Shown here piece after piece: positions 9,071-18,708 of a stretch of 64,000 nt of DNA (within the stretch, counting starts at the first letter, position 1; each line of letters begins with the position of its first letter). Below the pieces are notes generated by a model. The model was not told where the DNA came from. It saw only the letters and a list, made by a program, of their open reading frames with translations, and ran no database searches. The stretch comes from Parcubacteria group bacterium (GTDB lineage Bacteria > Patescibacteriota > Patescibacteriia > UBA9934 > GWF2-40-263): positions 15,014-79,013 of the forward strand of contig JABMNZ010000008.1 in assembly GCA_013204395.1 (NCBI GenBank). Reading direction: 5' to 3'. A program made the position numbers and the translations under genes.

Positions 9071-11338
9071 TTAGCCTTGGTCACTTGACCCCTCTGGCTT
9101 GCGGGCCGGTGGGCGACTGCCACCACTGCCATTGCTACGTGGGCGAGTCCCATAGCTACTTCCACTCTCCCGTGGCTTGTAGGCTGGCTTTTCAGGGAGT
9201 TTATTACCAGGAGCGTCTTTCATCGAAAGGCTGATTTTTCCTCCGTCAGGAGAAACTTCCATCACCTTTACGTGCACTTCGTCTCCAAGCTTAACAATGT
9301 CAGTTACTTTTTCAACCCGCCATGGAGCCATCATACTTACATGCACCATTCCATCGCGCTTTGGCAAGAACTCTACAATCGCACCAAAGTCCATGATACG
9401 AACTACCTTTCCTTCGTAAATATCACCAACGACCACTTCTCTTGTTAGGTCCTTGATAGTATCGAAGGCTTTTTGAGCACCTTCAGCATCTGTTGATGTG
9501 ATCATTACGAGTCCATCGTCATCGATATCAATGGCGCTAACACCAGTTGACTCAATAAGACCGTTAATAGTTTTTCCTCCAGGACCGATAACATTTCCAA
9601 TAAGCTCAGGATTGATTCGTAGAGAAATGATACGTGGGGCGTATGGAGAAAGTTCTGGTCGAGGACCAGCGAGTTCTTTTTCAATTACATCCAGAATCTC
9701 ATAACGAGCGTCCTTAGCTTGTGTGAATGCCTGTTTCACGATGTCACGAGAAAGACCATCTGTCTTTGTGTCCATCTGAATAGCAGTAAGACCTTCACGT
9801 GAACCTGCAATCTTGAAATCCATTCCACCCTTTCCATCTTCAAGATCCTGCAAGTCTGTAATGACTTTCCATTCACCTGACTTTGTCATAGCTAGACCCA
9901 TGGCAAGTCCTGCAACAGGTGCTTTGATCGGAACACCAGCATCCATAAGAGCCAATGTTGATCCACATGTTGCTCCCATTGAGCTTGATCCATTAGAACC
10001 AAGAACTTCAGAGACGGCATGTATGGTGTAAGGGAAGCTTTCCTTGTCTGGCATCATTGGCAATAGGGCCTTTTCAGCTAGACCACCATGTCCGATGTCG
10101 CGCCGTGATGGGCCACGCATTGGTTTCACTTCACCAACAGAATATGGAGGGAAGTTATAGTGGTGGAAGTAACGCTTTGTTCCAACATGACGCATTCCAT
10201 CCAATGTTTGCTCATCTCCAGGGGCACCCAGTGTAACAATGCTCATGACCTGAGTTTCTCCACGGCTAAAGTGTGCGGAGCCATGAACTCGTGGAATTGT
10301 AGCAGCTTCTGAAATAAGCTCTCTGATTTCCGTGGTTTTTCGGCCGTCAACACGACGGTCTTCCTCAACGATGAGTCTGTGAATTTCTGATTCAAGTACT
10401 TCACCCGCGATGTCCGTTCCATATCTAACATGATCTTCGTCAACTCCCTGTTCAAGCAAGAATGCTTTTACACGATCTTTTAACTCTCCTTTTGCAGCAC
10501 CACGCTCACCTTTTGTTGCTTGTGGGGCCTTGAAAAAGAGTTCCTGAACCTGCTCCACGATGTAAGGAAGAGCTTGTGCCTCGATTTTTTCTCGTAGCGC
10601 CTGTGTTTCCTTTCCGCTTTCTGTTGTAACTGCGTTTGGATTAACTTTTTCTTTTCCAACAGCAGCTCGTACTTCTTCAATAAGTTTGATTGGGGCGGCC
10701 ATTTCATCAAGGCCAAACCAGAATCCACCTAGGGCAATATCTTCTGGAGCTTCATTTGCTCCACCTTCTACCATGATTACCTTGTCATTAAGACCAGCAA
10801 AGGTTAAGTCTAATGATGAGGTTTCGAGCTGAGTTCTGGTTGGATTTAAGATGTACTGATCATCACTGTATCCAACGCGTACGGCAGCTAGAGGGCCTCT
10901 CCATGGGATTTCACTTATATGAAGCGCGCAGCTGGCAGCGATAAGTCCAACCACATCTGGATCATTTTCTTGGTCGTAAGAGAGTGATGTGACGATGATT
11001 TGGATGTCATTGCGGATACTTTCATCAAACAATGGACGTAGTGCACGGTCAATCATGCGAGAGGTTAGGACCGCCTCGTCAGTGGGGCGACCTGCTCGTT
11101 TCATGAAACGACTTCCTTTAATACGGCCTGATGCGTAAAGGTTTTCCTCAAAGTCGACCATGAGAGGAAACCAGTTGAGCCCTTCGCGTAAGTAAGTGCT
11201 CATTGTGGCGGTTGCCAGTACGCTTGTGTCGCCATACTGAACAATGCAGGAACCTCCTGCTTGTTGGGCATACTTACCCACCTCAATAGAAAGAGTACGT
11301 CCTCCCCATTGGGTTTCAAAACGTTGTGCTTTTGACAT
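9071..11338 (-). CDS. pnp: Polyribonucleotide nucleotidyltransferase (PNPase)
   Basis: 755 aa with two RNase PH-like domains, KH and S1 domains, and a C-terminal G/S/R-rich tail. Synteny with rpsO upstream. Confidence 0.95.
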   Translation of the reverse strand: MSKAQRFETQWGGRTLSIEVGKYAQQAGGSCIVQYGDTSVLATATMSTYLREGLNWFPLMVDFEENLYASGRIKGSRFMKRAGRPTDEAVLTSRMIDRALRPLFDESIRNDIQIIVTSLSYDQENDPDVVGLIAASCALHISEIPWRGPLAAVRVGYSDDQYILNPTRTQLETSSLDLTFAGLNDKVIMVEGGANEAPEDIALGGFWFGLDEMAAPIKLIEEVRAAVGKEKVNPNAVTTESGKETQALREKIEAQALPYIVEQVQELFFKAPQATKGERGAAKGELKDRVKAFLLEQGVDEDHVRYGTDIAGEVLESEIHRLIVEEDRRVDGRKTTEIRELISEAATIPRVHGSAHFSRGETQVMSIVTLGAPGDEQTLDGMRHVGTKRYFHHYNFPPYSVGEVKPMRGPSRRDIGHGGLAEKALLPMMPDKESFPYTIHAVSEVLGSNGSSSMGATCGSTLALMDAGVPIKAPVAGLAMGLAMTKSGEWKVITDLQDLEDGKGGMDFKIAGSREGLTAIQMDTKTDGLSRDIVKQAFTQAKDARYEILDVIEKELAGPRPELSPYAPRIISLRINPELIGNVIGPGGKTINGLIESTGVSAIDIDDDGLVMITSTDAEGAQKAFDTIKDLTREVVVGDIYEGKVVRIMDFGAIVEFLPKRDGMVHVSMMAPWRVEKVTDIVKLGDEVHVKVMEVSPDGGKISLSMKDAPGNKLPEKPAYKPRESGSSYGTRPRSNGSGGSRPPARKPEGSSDQG

Positions 11339-11424
11339 ATGTTGGCTCCTGCAGAAGCTTAAGATATCGACCTGGTCGAAATCTCGTTGTTTCCACAGGA
11401 ACGGTTAGGTAATTAACTCATTTA

Positions 11425-11446
11425 GTCACTGGGAGATCCCAGTGAC
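11425..11446 (-). promoter_or_regulatory. Perfect 9-10 bp hairpin in the pnp 5' leader (candidate RNase III / autoregulation site)
   Basis: gtcactggg-agat-cccagtgac lies about 80 nt upstream of the pnp ATG. This is analogous to the E. coli pnp leader hairpin. Confidence 0.35.
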
Positions 11447-11464
11447 CCAATCAGCTAACGACGA

Positions 11465-12127
11465 TTAGAATTCAAGACGACGTGTGCGACTTTGCTCCTG
11501 CTCTTCAAGAGTTTCGTCTATTTCCATAAAGAACCCGGTTGTGTCACCTGTTTTCTTCTCAGGGACCTCCATTTGCTCTAATGCCTCTGTCTTTGCTTCG
11601 GTGGGACTAGTCTTTGTTCCCAATAACTTTGGTCCAATAAGATACCTACGTTGATTTGCAGATAAGTCGATATAATCATTTACCATTGCACGTAACTTTC
11701 CAGACGTTGTTTGTCCAAAAGCCATGACTTCTATCATTCGTCCTCGAGAATGAACGTAGCTCACCAAGGGCATAAAGTCTCCGTCTCCTGAGGCGATGAC
11801 CACAACGTCGAGTGTATCAAGCATTTGCACAACGTCGATAGCTAGTCCTACGTCCCAGTCTGCTTTTTTGGCTCCTGATGCGTACTCTTGTAGATCTTTG
11901 GCAATGGTCTCGATGCCGGCTTTTTCAAGGGCATCAAAAAAAGGTTTTTCCTGTCCGTCTTCTGTGGCAACAACGTAGGCCATGGCTCGAATGAGTTTTC
12001 TTCCAGCCACAGCATCTTCGACGATGTTCTTAAAGTTTACTTTGCGCTTAAATAAATTTCGTGCGCTGTAGTACATGTTTTGCGTGTCTATAAAAACTCC
12101 GACACGCTGGTCTTTGTGCTTAAACAT
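11465..12127 (-). CDS. NYN-domain (LabA/DUF88-like) protein inserted between rpsO and pnp
   Basis: VGVFIDTQNMYYSAR...VVIASGDGDFMPLVSYV matches the NYN/LabA nuclease-fold signature. Confidence 0.7.
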   Translation of the reverse strand: MFKHKDQRVGVFIDTQNMYYSARNLFKRKVNFKNIVEDAVAGRKLIRAMAYVVATEDGQEKPFFDALEKAGIETIAKDLQEYASGAKKADWDVGLAIDVVQMLDTLDVVVIASGDGDFMPLVSYVHSRGRMIEVMAFGQTTSGKLRAMVNDYIDLSANQRRYLIGPKLLGTKTSPTEAKTEALEQMEVPEKKTGDTTGFFMEIDETLEEQEQSRTRRLEF

Positions 12128-12140
12128 AAAAAGGGTGATT

Positions 12141-12179
12141 TAGTTTTAAAAAGCGAAATCCCTGCCCATGTGGGCAGGG
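12141..12179 (-). terminator. Rho-independent terminator downstream of rpsO
   Basis: ccctgccca-tg-tgggcaggg hairpin followed, on the minus strand, by a T-rich run. Confidence 0.55.
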
Positions 12180-12186
12180 TTATAGT

Positions 12187-12450
12187 TTACCTTAATTTGA
12201 GCTCTTCCTTTAATTTCTTGAGAGCAGAAGCATCTTCACGCTCTAAATACTTCATGAGCTTGCGACGTTCGTTTACCTTGCTGATCAAACCACGGCGTGA
12301 GGAATTGTCCTTTTTGTGCTCGCGCAAATGGATTGTCAGATCTGCAACCTCTGCGGTCAAAATGGCGATCTGGACCTGAGGTGAACCTGTGTCTGAATCA
12401 TGGGTGCGGAACTTCTTGATGATGTTCAGCTTTTTCTTGGCTGTGAGCAT
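12187..12450 (-). CDS. rpsO: 30S ribosomal protein S15
   Basis: 87 aa. GSPQVQIAILTAEVADLTIHLREHKKDNSSRRGL is the S15 signature. Confidence 0.9.
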   Translation of the reverse strand: MLTAKKKLNIIKKFRTHDSDTGSPQVQIAILTAEVADLTIHLREHKKDNSSRRGLISKVNERRKLMKYLEREDASALKKLKEELKLR

Positions 12451-12534
12451 AGTGGTTTATTTCATGGCAGGATCCTAGCAAGGGGGCTCATTCCCGGGCC
12501 AAGACACTGTCCTAGTTAGGTTGATTACGGCGCA

Positions 12535-12563
12535 ATCGTAGCGAAATAGACGGATTTCGTCAA
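12535..12563 (-). promoter_or_regulatory. Sigma70-type promoter for rpsO (minus strand): TTGACG-N17-TACGAT
   Basis: Read on the minus strand. The ATG is about 80 nt downstream. Confidence 0.4.
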
Positions 12564-12598
12564 GGGATTATGCAATCACTGGTATACTACAACTCGTT

Positions 12599-13816
12599 AT
12601 GCCGAATACACATCACAATCAATCTCATCCGTTTCGCACACATAGGTATTCACTTTCACATGTGGGAGCCTTGCCAGCTTTGGCTACTAATAGGTTGTTG
12701 GGATTTACTGCTAGTTCTGTTACGGGAATGTTCCTCCCAATTTTTCTTTACGAGTTTTTTGGGATGTCCATTCAGTTAGTGCTCCTTTGGTATGCCGTTA
12801 ACTTTATTGTAAAGATCCCTTTTCAGGTTTTGGGTGCAAAGATTTTTTCACGCACAGGCCTGGTTCCGTCAATGATTTTTGGAGTGCTTGGAATCATGCT
12901 TTTTTACTGGATGTTTTATTTGATCGATGCCGGTAGCACTATCAATCCATATACCCTTATGGGGGTTGGTATATTCGGACTCATGATTGTGAGTGTTTTT
13001 TACTGGTCTCCGTTCCATATCGACTTTGCTGAGTTCTCGTCAAAAACACACCGTGGCAAGCAGGTTGGGATTTTTTATGCAGTCCAGAGATTCATTAGTG
13101 TGATTGCCCCACTGGTTGCCGGGTGGATAATCACTCAGTATGGGTACAAAATAAACTTCGCTTTAGCATTGATAATTGTAAGTACTTCGATTGTTCCGTT
13201 GCTTTTTCTTCCTCCTTATAAGGTGACTTACGAGTTTGGTTTTTTAGAGAGTTTTCAAAAATTATTTTCCAAAAAGTTTCGTGGCATGACCACGTCTATG
13301 ATGGCGTACGGTGCTGAAAATATTGTTGGCTTTGCCGTGTGGCCAATTTTCCTTTTTTCAATTTTCGATGGCGACTATCTTAACGTTGGTGCATTTACTG
13401 CCGTGATAGTTGTTATTTCATTGGCTTTTGAAGTCTTCATTGGCAGAGCTTCAGATAAGTTTTCAGCCGTTCGCATGCTTAAGATGGGAACTGGTGTCTA
13501 TGCACTTGGGTGGGTATGGAAGGGCTTGGTTGAAACTGTTGTGGGTGTGTTCGCAGCCTCTACATTCCATAACATTGGTTCGATAATGCTACGCACTCCA
13601 ATGGACACTCTTATGTATGAGCAAGCTGCTGACAGTGGGCATTACGTAGATGAGTACACTGTGTTGCGAGAGATTGCCCTGTCCATGGGTCGTGTATCAA
13701 TGTTACTTTTCTTGATGTTGATTACAACTTACTTCTCTCTCTCAGTCACCTTTTTCATTGCTGCTCTGGTAAGTCTTGGGATTAATTCCCTGTCCGAGTA
13801 CCACGCGAAAAGTTGA
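12599..13816 (+). CDS. MFS-type transporter
   Basis: About 12 predicted TM helices with the general layout of the major facilitator family. TGgTATACT at 12580-12588 is an extended -10 element 10 nt before the ATG. Confidence 0.65.
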   Translation: MPNTHHNQSHPFRTHRYSLSHVGALPALATNRLLGFTASSVTGMFLPIFLYEFFGMSIQLVLLWYAVNFIVKIPFQVLGAKIFSRTGLVPSMIFGVLGIMLFYWMFYLIDAGSTINPYTLMGVGIFGLMIVSVFYWSPFHIDFAEFSSKTHRGKQVGIFYAVQRFISVIAPLVAGWIITQYGYKINFALALIIVSTSIVPLLFLPPYKVTYEFGFLESFQKLFSKKFRGMTTSMMAYGAENIVGFAVWPIFLFSIFDGDYLNVGAFTAVIVVISLAFEVFIGRASDKFSAVRMLKMGTGVYALGWVWKGLVETVVGVFAASTFHNIGSIMLRTPMDTLMYEQAADSGHYVDEYTVLREIALSMGRVSMLLFLMLITTYFSLSVTFFIAALVSLGINSLSEYHAKS

Positions 13817-13865
13817 CGCGGATCCAAGCTCTCGGTAGCGTTTAGATCCTAGGGAGGAAAGCTTC

Positions 13866-14654
13866 ATGGAACTTAAGCCACTTGAAGACTCGACCATTGT
13901 TTTAGCCGTAACGGTCGAACGCGAGTCTGATGGTGTCAGGCTTACGTTTACCAGCCACCCGCCGTTCGATCACGGCGTTCCAGACATAATCAGTGATACG
14001 TTCACACACAAGTGGGCACTTCATGCATCGCCTGGACAGTATCTTTTTCGGTACGACCCGTCTGAACCGAGTGAAGACGGGGGTGTGCGAATTCGGACAG
14101 GTGCTCCTGAAGGACACGATCCTGTACTCATGCACGAGATCACCATGGAGCTGGGAGAGGCTCTAGCAGCTAGTGGTGATTACTTGTATGAGTGTTTTCA
14201 AGAACTACCACCAGACGAAGATGTTGTTGGCGCCTTTAAGGAGTTCTTTCAAGACTTGGTGGATAACGCAAGGGAAACTGGGAGTTTAACCTCCTTGTAT
14301 CCCGAGATTGTGCCACTACTTCTGCTTCCTAGTGCTGAAGTTTCGTTCTTCAGAAATTCACTTCTGGCTTCTGGGACGGGAAGTCTGCTCGTTGTAGAGC
14401 TTCCTCCACGAGAGTCTGACTTCTTTAACCACATACAAAGCATACTCGAGCGAAGGCTTGAGCCGCGGCTGCGGGAGTGTGAAAAGGAGATCATCGCAAA
14501 CGAGATTCGAGCAACGATTCTCGCGATACGTCGCGCACCACCAGAGAGGGCGTGGGAACTCTTAGAAGTCATCAATCATCTTTCGGGAGTTTTCGGCCTT
14601 ACGATTCCTGAGCAGCCCGCTCTACACTGGAGCACTGTCACAGCCATAGGTTAA
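13866..14654 (+). CDS. Hypothetical protein
   Basis: 262 aa. No motifs recognised. The RBS-like GGAGGAAAG sits upstream of the ATG. Confidence 0.5.
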   Translation: MELKPLEDSTIVLAVTVERESDGVRLTFTSHPPFDHGVPDIISDTFTHKWALHASPGQYLFRYDPSEPSEDGGVRIRTGAPEGHDPVLMHEITMELGEALAASGDYLYECFQELPPDEDVVGAFKEFFQDLVDNARETGSLTSLYPEIVPLLLLPSAEVSFFRNSLLASGTGSLLVVELPPRESDFFNHIQSILERRLEPRLRECEKEIIANEIRATILAIRRAPPERAWELLEVINHLSGVFGLTIPEQPALHWSTVTAIG

Positions 14655-14657
14655 CGC

Positions 14658-14717
14658 CCGCATCTGCAACGATGCGGATTTTTTTAATCAAAAAACAGAC
14701 CCGTGAGGGTCTGTTTT
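14658..14717. terminator. Two back-to-back terminator hairpins, serving convergent genes
   Basis: ccgcatc-tgcaac-gatgcgg plus a T run. Then A-run / cagaccc-gtga-gggtctg / T-run. Confidence 0.6.
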
Positions 14718-14729
14718 GTCAGTTTCGGT

Positions 14730-15509
14730 TTAGAGCATTGAGTCGATAGCGGCGGCCACAGAGCTGAATGGTAGGGCTCCCTTGATTGGAGTTGCGTTAC
14801 CATCTTGGTCGATAATGAAGCTACCTGGAGTTCCTGTAACACCAGCAGCGGCTCCACCAGCTGCCTCTGCACGGACCTTATTAAGCGCATCGTCTCCATC
14901 ACGACATGTTGCGAACTCACTTGCGTTAAGTCCTAGGTCAGCTGCGAGCTGTACGTATAGGGCTTCTCCGAGTGTGGCACGATTCTCAAATAGAGCGTCG
15001 CCATACTCCCAGAACTTTCCTTGTTGACCAGCACACTCAGCAGCAACTCCAGCTGGTTCAGCGTTTGAGTGGAAGGAGAGAGGGAAGTTCCTCATTACCC
15101 AGCGTACCTGTCCGTCGTATTCTTCCATGACCTGCAGCATGGTTGGGTGGAAACGCTCACAGTATGGGCACTCATAGTCGGAGTACTCGATGATTGTGAT
15201 AGGAGCGTTTACATCACCTCTTATGTAGTCAGCGTCTGTAACAGCGGGGATGCCAGCAGAAGGAACTGCGGCGGAAGGTATTGCTGCGACAGCTGCTGCA
15301 GAAGGAGCTGCTGTTTTTGCGGAACTCCCATCAGCTAGGGCAAATCCTCCGCTACAGTTTCCTTGAAGAATACAGCTGCCGAGCAAGATGAATCCAATGG
15401 TTCCTATAGATAATATGGCGGTTCCAAATCCTAACCAGAAAGATTGCTTTGCTGGAAGAATATCAAAAATTGATTTTTTGTTATGTGTTGTATGTGGGTG
15501 TGAATCCAT
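14730..15509 (-). CDS. DsbA-like thioredoxin-fold thiol:disulfide oxidoreductase, membrane-anchored
   Basis: CPYC active site within YSDYECPYCERFHP. N-terminal TM and an Ala-rich linker. Confidence 0.7.
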   Translation of the reverse strand: MDSHPHTTHNKKSIFDILPAKQSFWLGFGTAILSIGTIGFILLGSCILQGNCSGGFALADGSSAKTAAPSAAAVAAIPSAAVPSAGIPAVTDADYIRGDVNAPITIIEYSDYECPYCERFHPTMLQVMEEYDGQVRWVMRNFPLSFHSNAEPAGVAAECAGQQGKFWEYGDALFENRATLGEALYVQLAADLGLNASEFATCRDGDDALNKVRAEAAGGAAAGVTGTPGSFIIDQDGNATPIKGALPFSSVAAAIDSML

Positions 15510-15553
15510 AGTATTTTTATTGTAAATTTGTAAACAGGATCTTTGAGGGGTAA

Positions 15554-15925
15554 TTACCCTCCATGCGATGCTGATAAGTGTGGTATGAACGTGTGGTTAG
15601 GTATGGGTGATTTTCTTGGGTTCCAAACTAAGTGAATTGGTTCACGTTTGACTGGGCGCAATGAGTTCAGGGACGCACACATCAGGCCAACAAGAGCTAC
15701 GAGTAGTAACTCCTTTGTTTGCACCGCCATATGTGTGCCAGGGTTGGTCCAAGTTGTTTGAGGCTCAATCTTCTCGGCTGAACAAGCTAATCCAGCGTTG
15801 GGGTCAGCTGTGGAAGTAAGACAGCTCCCCGAACTTATGAAAACAAAACCGCAGCCGATCATGGTAATGATCGTTGTGGCGGCGAGGAGTTTGCGGGTTA
15901 ATAAAACTCCCATAGAGGATTGCAT
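15554..15925 (-). CDS. Small Cys-containing membrane protein (hypothetical)
   Basis: 123 aa with 2-3 hydrophobic segments and several Cys. It has no CxxC, so it is not a canonical DsbB/VKOR. Confidence 0.3.
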   Translation of the reverse strand: MQSSMGVLLTRKLLAATTIITMIGCGFVFISSGSCLTSTADPNAGLACSAEKIEPQTTWTNPGTHMAVQTKELLLVALVGLMCASLNSLRPVKREPIHLVWNPRKSPIPNHTFIPHLSASHGG

Positions 15926-15960
15926 AGTATCATATCCCGCCAGTGCTATACTAGATAAGT

Positions 15961-16890
15961 ATGGTAAAGCAGATCGACAGATTGGTTACGGCTTTTCTGG
16001 AATATCTCGAGGTAGAACGAGGCCGTTCTCCCAAAACAATCCGGAATTATGATTTTTATTTGAGACGTTTTACAAAGTGGGCAAAGGCACCAGAACCAAG
16101 CGTGATAACAATGGACATGATTCATAAGTATCGCTTGTGGCTTAATCGAAAAGTGGCTGGTCGAGATGGAAAGACACTTAAGAAAACTACACAGAACTAT
16201 CATCTCATTGCTCTTAGGTCATTTTTAAAGTATCTCGCGCGTCAGGATATCCCCTCTCTTTCTCCAGAAAAGATCGAGCTGGCCAAACAAGAGCAACGAG
16301 AAGTCGCATTTTTAGAGGTTGAGGAATTGGATCGGTTGTTAGCTGCCCCTAAAGGTGTAGATCTTGTGACCCTGCGAGATCGGGCGATTTTAGAAATGCT
16401 TTTTTCTACAGGACTGCGCGTGAGCGAGATTTCAAATCTGAAGATTGAGCAAGTTAACCTCAAAAGAGATGAGTTTACGGTTAGGGGGAAAGGAGGAAAG
16501 CTGCGAGCTGTTTATATATCTAGCACTGCCAAGGAGGCGTTAAAGGCATATTTGGCAAAACGACGTGACACGTCCCCCTATTTATTCATATGTCATGACC
16601 AAGCAAAGTCAGGGCGAGAGAAAACTGGTGGTCTGACCCCAAGATCAATTCAGAGATTAGTTGAGAGATATGCAAAAAGCGCTGGGATCACCAAACACAT
16701 AACCCCCCACACCCTTCGGCACACTTTTGCAACGGACTTGTTAATGGGCGGGGCAGATATTAGGTCCGTGCAGTCCCTGCTAGGTCATGCGTCAATTACG
16801 ACTACCCAGGTGTACACTCACATCACGAACAAAAAGATGAAAGCCGTGCATCAGAAGTATCATGACCGTGCACGAAAAAACACCCAATGA
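15961..16890 (+). CDS. xerD: Tyrosine site-specific recombinase, XerC/XerD family
   Basis: LRDRAILEMLFSTGLRVSE...HTLRHTFATDLLMGGADIRSVQSLLGHASITTTQVYTH contains the full R..H..R..Y catalytic signature. Confidence 0.85.
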   Translation: MVKQIDRLVTAFLEYLEVERGRSPKTIRNYDFYLRRFTKWAKAPEPSVITMDMIHKYRLWLNRKVAGRDGKTLKKTTQNYHLIALRSFLKYLARQDIPSLSPEKIELAKQEQREVAFLEVEELDRLLAAPKGVDLVTLRDRAILEMLFSTGLRVSEISNLKIEQVNLKRDEFTVRGKGGKLRAVYISSTAKEALKAYLAKRRDTSPYLFICHDQAKSGREKTGGLTPRSIQRLVERYAKSAGITKHITPHTLRHTFATDLLMGGADIRSVQSLLGHASITTTQVYTHITNKKMKAVHQKYHDRARKNTQ

Positions 16891-16924
16891 CGGAAGCTAA
16901 GCTTCCGGCCCGTGGGTGTTTTTT
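16891..16924 (+). terminator. Terminator hairpin after xerD
   Basis: cggaagc-taa-gcttccg ... followed by a T run. Confidence 0.4.
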
Positions 16925-17024
16925 GATTGACAGGGGGGGGTTATCGCGTTAGTGTGTGGCCGCTATGACAGCTGGTTATGGCACAGTATCAACAGGTTAG
17001 AAGCAAGTTGTTGCAGGAGAAAAC

Positions 17025-17702
17025 ATGGATGCGGCTGGAATCGTAGAGAAAGGAAACGGTTTGATCGTGCGCTTCGCACCACTTCACGAGAGCGCAAAGG
17101 TGCTTCCCGGGGGGCTCGCAAGCATCATCGTCGATGGGAGGCGAGAGAGCCCGTGGAAGGAACAGTGGCGGTGTTCCAAGTGCAACCACAACTTCCTGGT
17201 CCACCCGACCGATGAGCAGTGCACGTGGTGTCATCAGGGGGTCGTGCAACAGCTCTGGACTGAGCGTCGCGTAGAGCGGGAGACTCTCGAGGCTCTGCAT
17301 CAGCGATGCTCTCAGGTCACAGCAGCCTTCGTTGTGGAGGCTGGTCACCCCATTCTTGTGGGGATGATCGAGCTCAGGCCGGTTGCCATGGATCAGCTCA
17401 ACGAACAGGTCGGCGCTGATGTGATCGCTGGGGTGCTCAGGCACTTCGGCCGCTCTGGAGCCTACTTCTTCGTTCAGCACCTCATCGTGGCTCCTCAGTG
17501 GCGCTCGCAAGGCATTGGGTCAAAGCTGCTTGAGCAAGCGATCAAGCGCGCGCAGCCAGATGCGCGCTCTGGCATCCCACTCATCTGCTTGGCGTCGCGC
17601 ACGCCGGTAGCTCAGGACTGGTTCGCCAAGCACCAGCTGGCAGCGGTACAGTTCATCAACGATCGGCACCTGCTGGTGGGCAACATCGTCCGCTCTGTCT
17701 AG
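17025..17702 (+). CDS. GNAT family N-acetyltransferase with an N-terminal zinc ribbon (GC-rich insert)
   Basis: CSKC...CTWC zinc ribbon, then GNAT motif A VAPQWRSQGIGSKLLEQA. GC is visibly higher than the flanks. A ctccgac-cacagc-gtcggag + T-run terminator follows at about 17735-17765. Confidence 0.7.
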   Translation: MDAAGIVEKGNGLIVRFAPLHESAKVLPGGLASIIVDGRRESPWKEQWRCSKCNHNFLVHPTDEQCTWCHQGVVQQLWTERRVERETLEALHQRCSQVTAAFVVEAGHPILVGMIELRPVAMDQLNEQVGADVIAGVLRHFGRSGAYFFVQHLIVAPQWRSQGIGSKLLEQAIKRAQPDARSGIPLICLASRTPVAQDWFAKHQLAAVQFINDRHLLVGNIVRSV

Positions 17703-17848
17703 AACGCCCTAGACTCAGGCTCTTACGGGCCAATCTGCTCCGACCACAGCGTCGGAGTTTTCATTTTCTACAGAAATGGTTACCATGCGCTCACGATCAC
17801 ACGATCATGTCACCTCGTTCGGTACAAAATAAATGCAACCACTCCTTT

Positions 17849-17925
17849 GGCTCGGTAGCTCAGTTGGATAGAGCAGGGGACTTCTAAGCCCAAGGTCACA
17901 GGTTCGAATCCTGTCCGGGCCACCA
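17849..17925 (+). tRNA. tRNA-Arg (anticodon TCT), CCA encoded
   Basis: Acceptor stem GGCTCGG/CCGGGCC and D-arm TAGCTCAGTTGGATAGAGC are identical to argU-type tRNAs. Anticodon loop is CTTCTAA. T-arm ACAGGTTCGAATCCTGT. The anticodon stem has only three clean G-C pairs as I fold it. Confidence 0.75.
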
Positions 17926-17952
17926 GAGTGGTTACATTTAATCCATTTACAT

Positions 17953-18663
17953 ATGACCAGAAACATTTTGCTATTTATTTCATTGCTTGCCATTGGTTTT
18001 GTGGTTCTCTCCATGGTGAAGGTGCCAGAAAATGAAACAGAGGTTTTTGTTCCAGAAGAAGTTGAGCAAGTGGTTGTGGAGATAGTTGAAGATACTCCGT
18101 TTGTTCAAGATGAAATGGATTCAACACGTGTTGAAGGAGCGGGGTTTCATTTTTTCATTCCAGACGGATGGTATGTCGATCCAGCACCAGAGATCTGGGA
18201 GCGATCTGGCGAAGGGTATTTCACGTATGGTTGGGTGAGGAATATTGAGAATGAATCCCCTTTTGGTCATGAGGACGAAGTTTCTTTCTCAGTTGCGAAT
18301 GTTCTTAAGGAAGATGTAAATTTTGATGAGGTTGTCTCTGGGTGGGCCGAGAGTGAGGAGCAAATGGCCGGAATTGTGAAATACATGCAAGAAGAGAGTA
18401 TCGCTCCTTATAACGAGGTCACCATGGATGATGTGGTTGTGGAGCTAGAAGAAACTGAATTTCTTGGAAAGAAGGCTTACGTAAATACACTTATTTGTTC
18501 CAAGCCTTGTTACATCGAAGGGAATCCACCTGCAATTGTTGCCTACTATTTAGATGATGGTGATTACGTCTGGATTCTGACAGCAAGAACAATCTATTCC
18601 GAGAAAGCTATTGATTTGTTAGATCAGGCAAAAGAAGTAATGGATAGTTTTGTACTAGAGTAG
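17953..18663 (+). CDS. Hypothetical secreted/membrane-anchored acidic protein
   Basis: N-terminal TM/signal ILLFISLLAIGFVVLSMV. Otherwise no motifs. Confidence 0.5.
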   Translation: MTRNILLFISLLAIGFVVLSMVKVPENETEVFVPEEVEQVVVEIVEDTPFVQDEMDSTRVEGAGFHFFIPDGWYVDPAPEIWERSGEGYFTYGWVRNIENESPFGHEDEVSFSVANVLKEDVNFDEVVSGWAESEEQMAGIVKYMQEESIAPYNEVTMDDVVVELEETEFLGKKAYVNTLICSKPCYIEGNPPAIVAYYLDDGDYVWILTARTIYSEKAIDLLDQAKEVMDSFVLE

Positions 18664-18708
18664 ACCCTTGATCAGGATCAATGATTCTGATATCCTCGGC
18701 ACTGTTAT

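Noticed and set aside
15554-15925. Calling the small membrane protein a VKOR/DsbB partner of the DsbA-like protein
   Set aside because: It has no CxxC motif and no four-helix layout typical of DsbB/VKOR. I kept it as hypothetical only.
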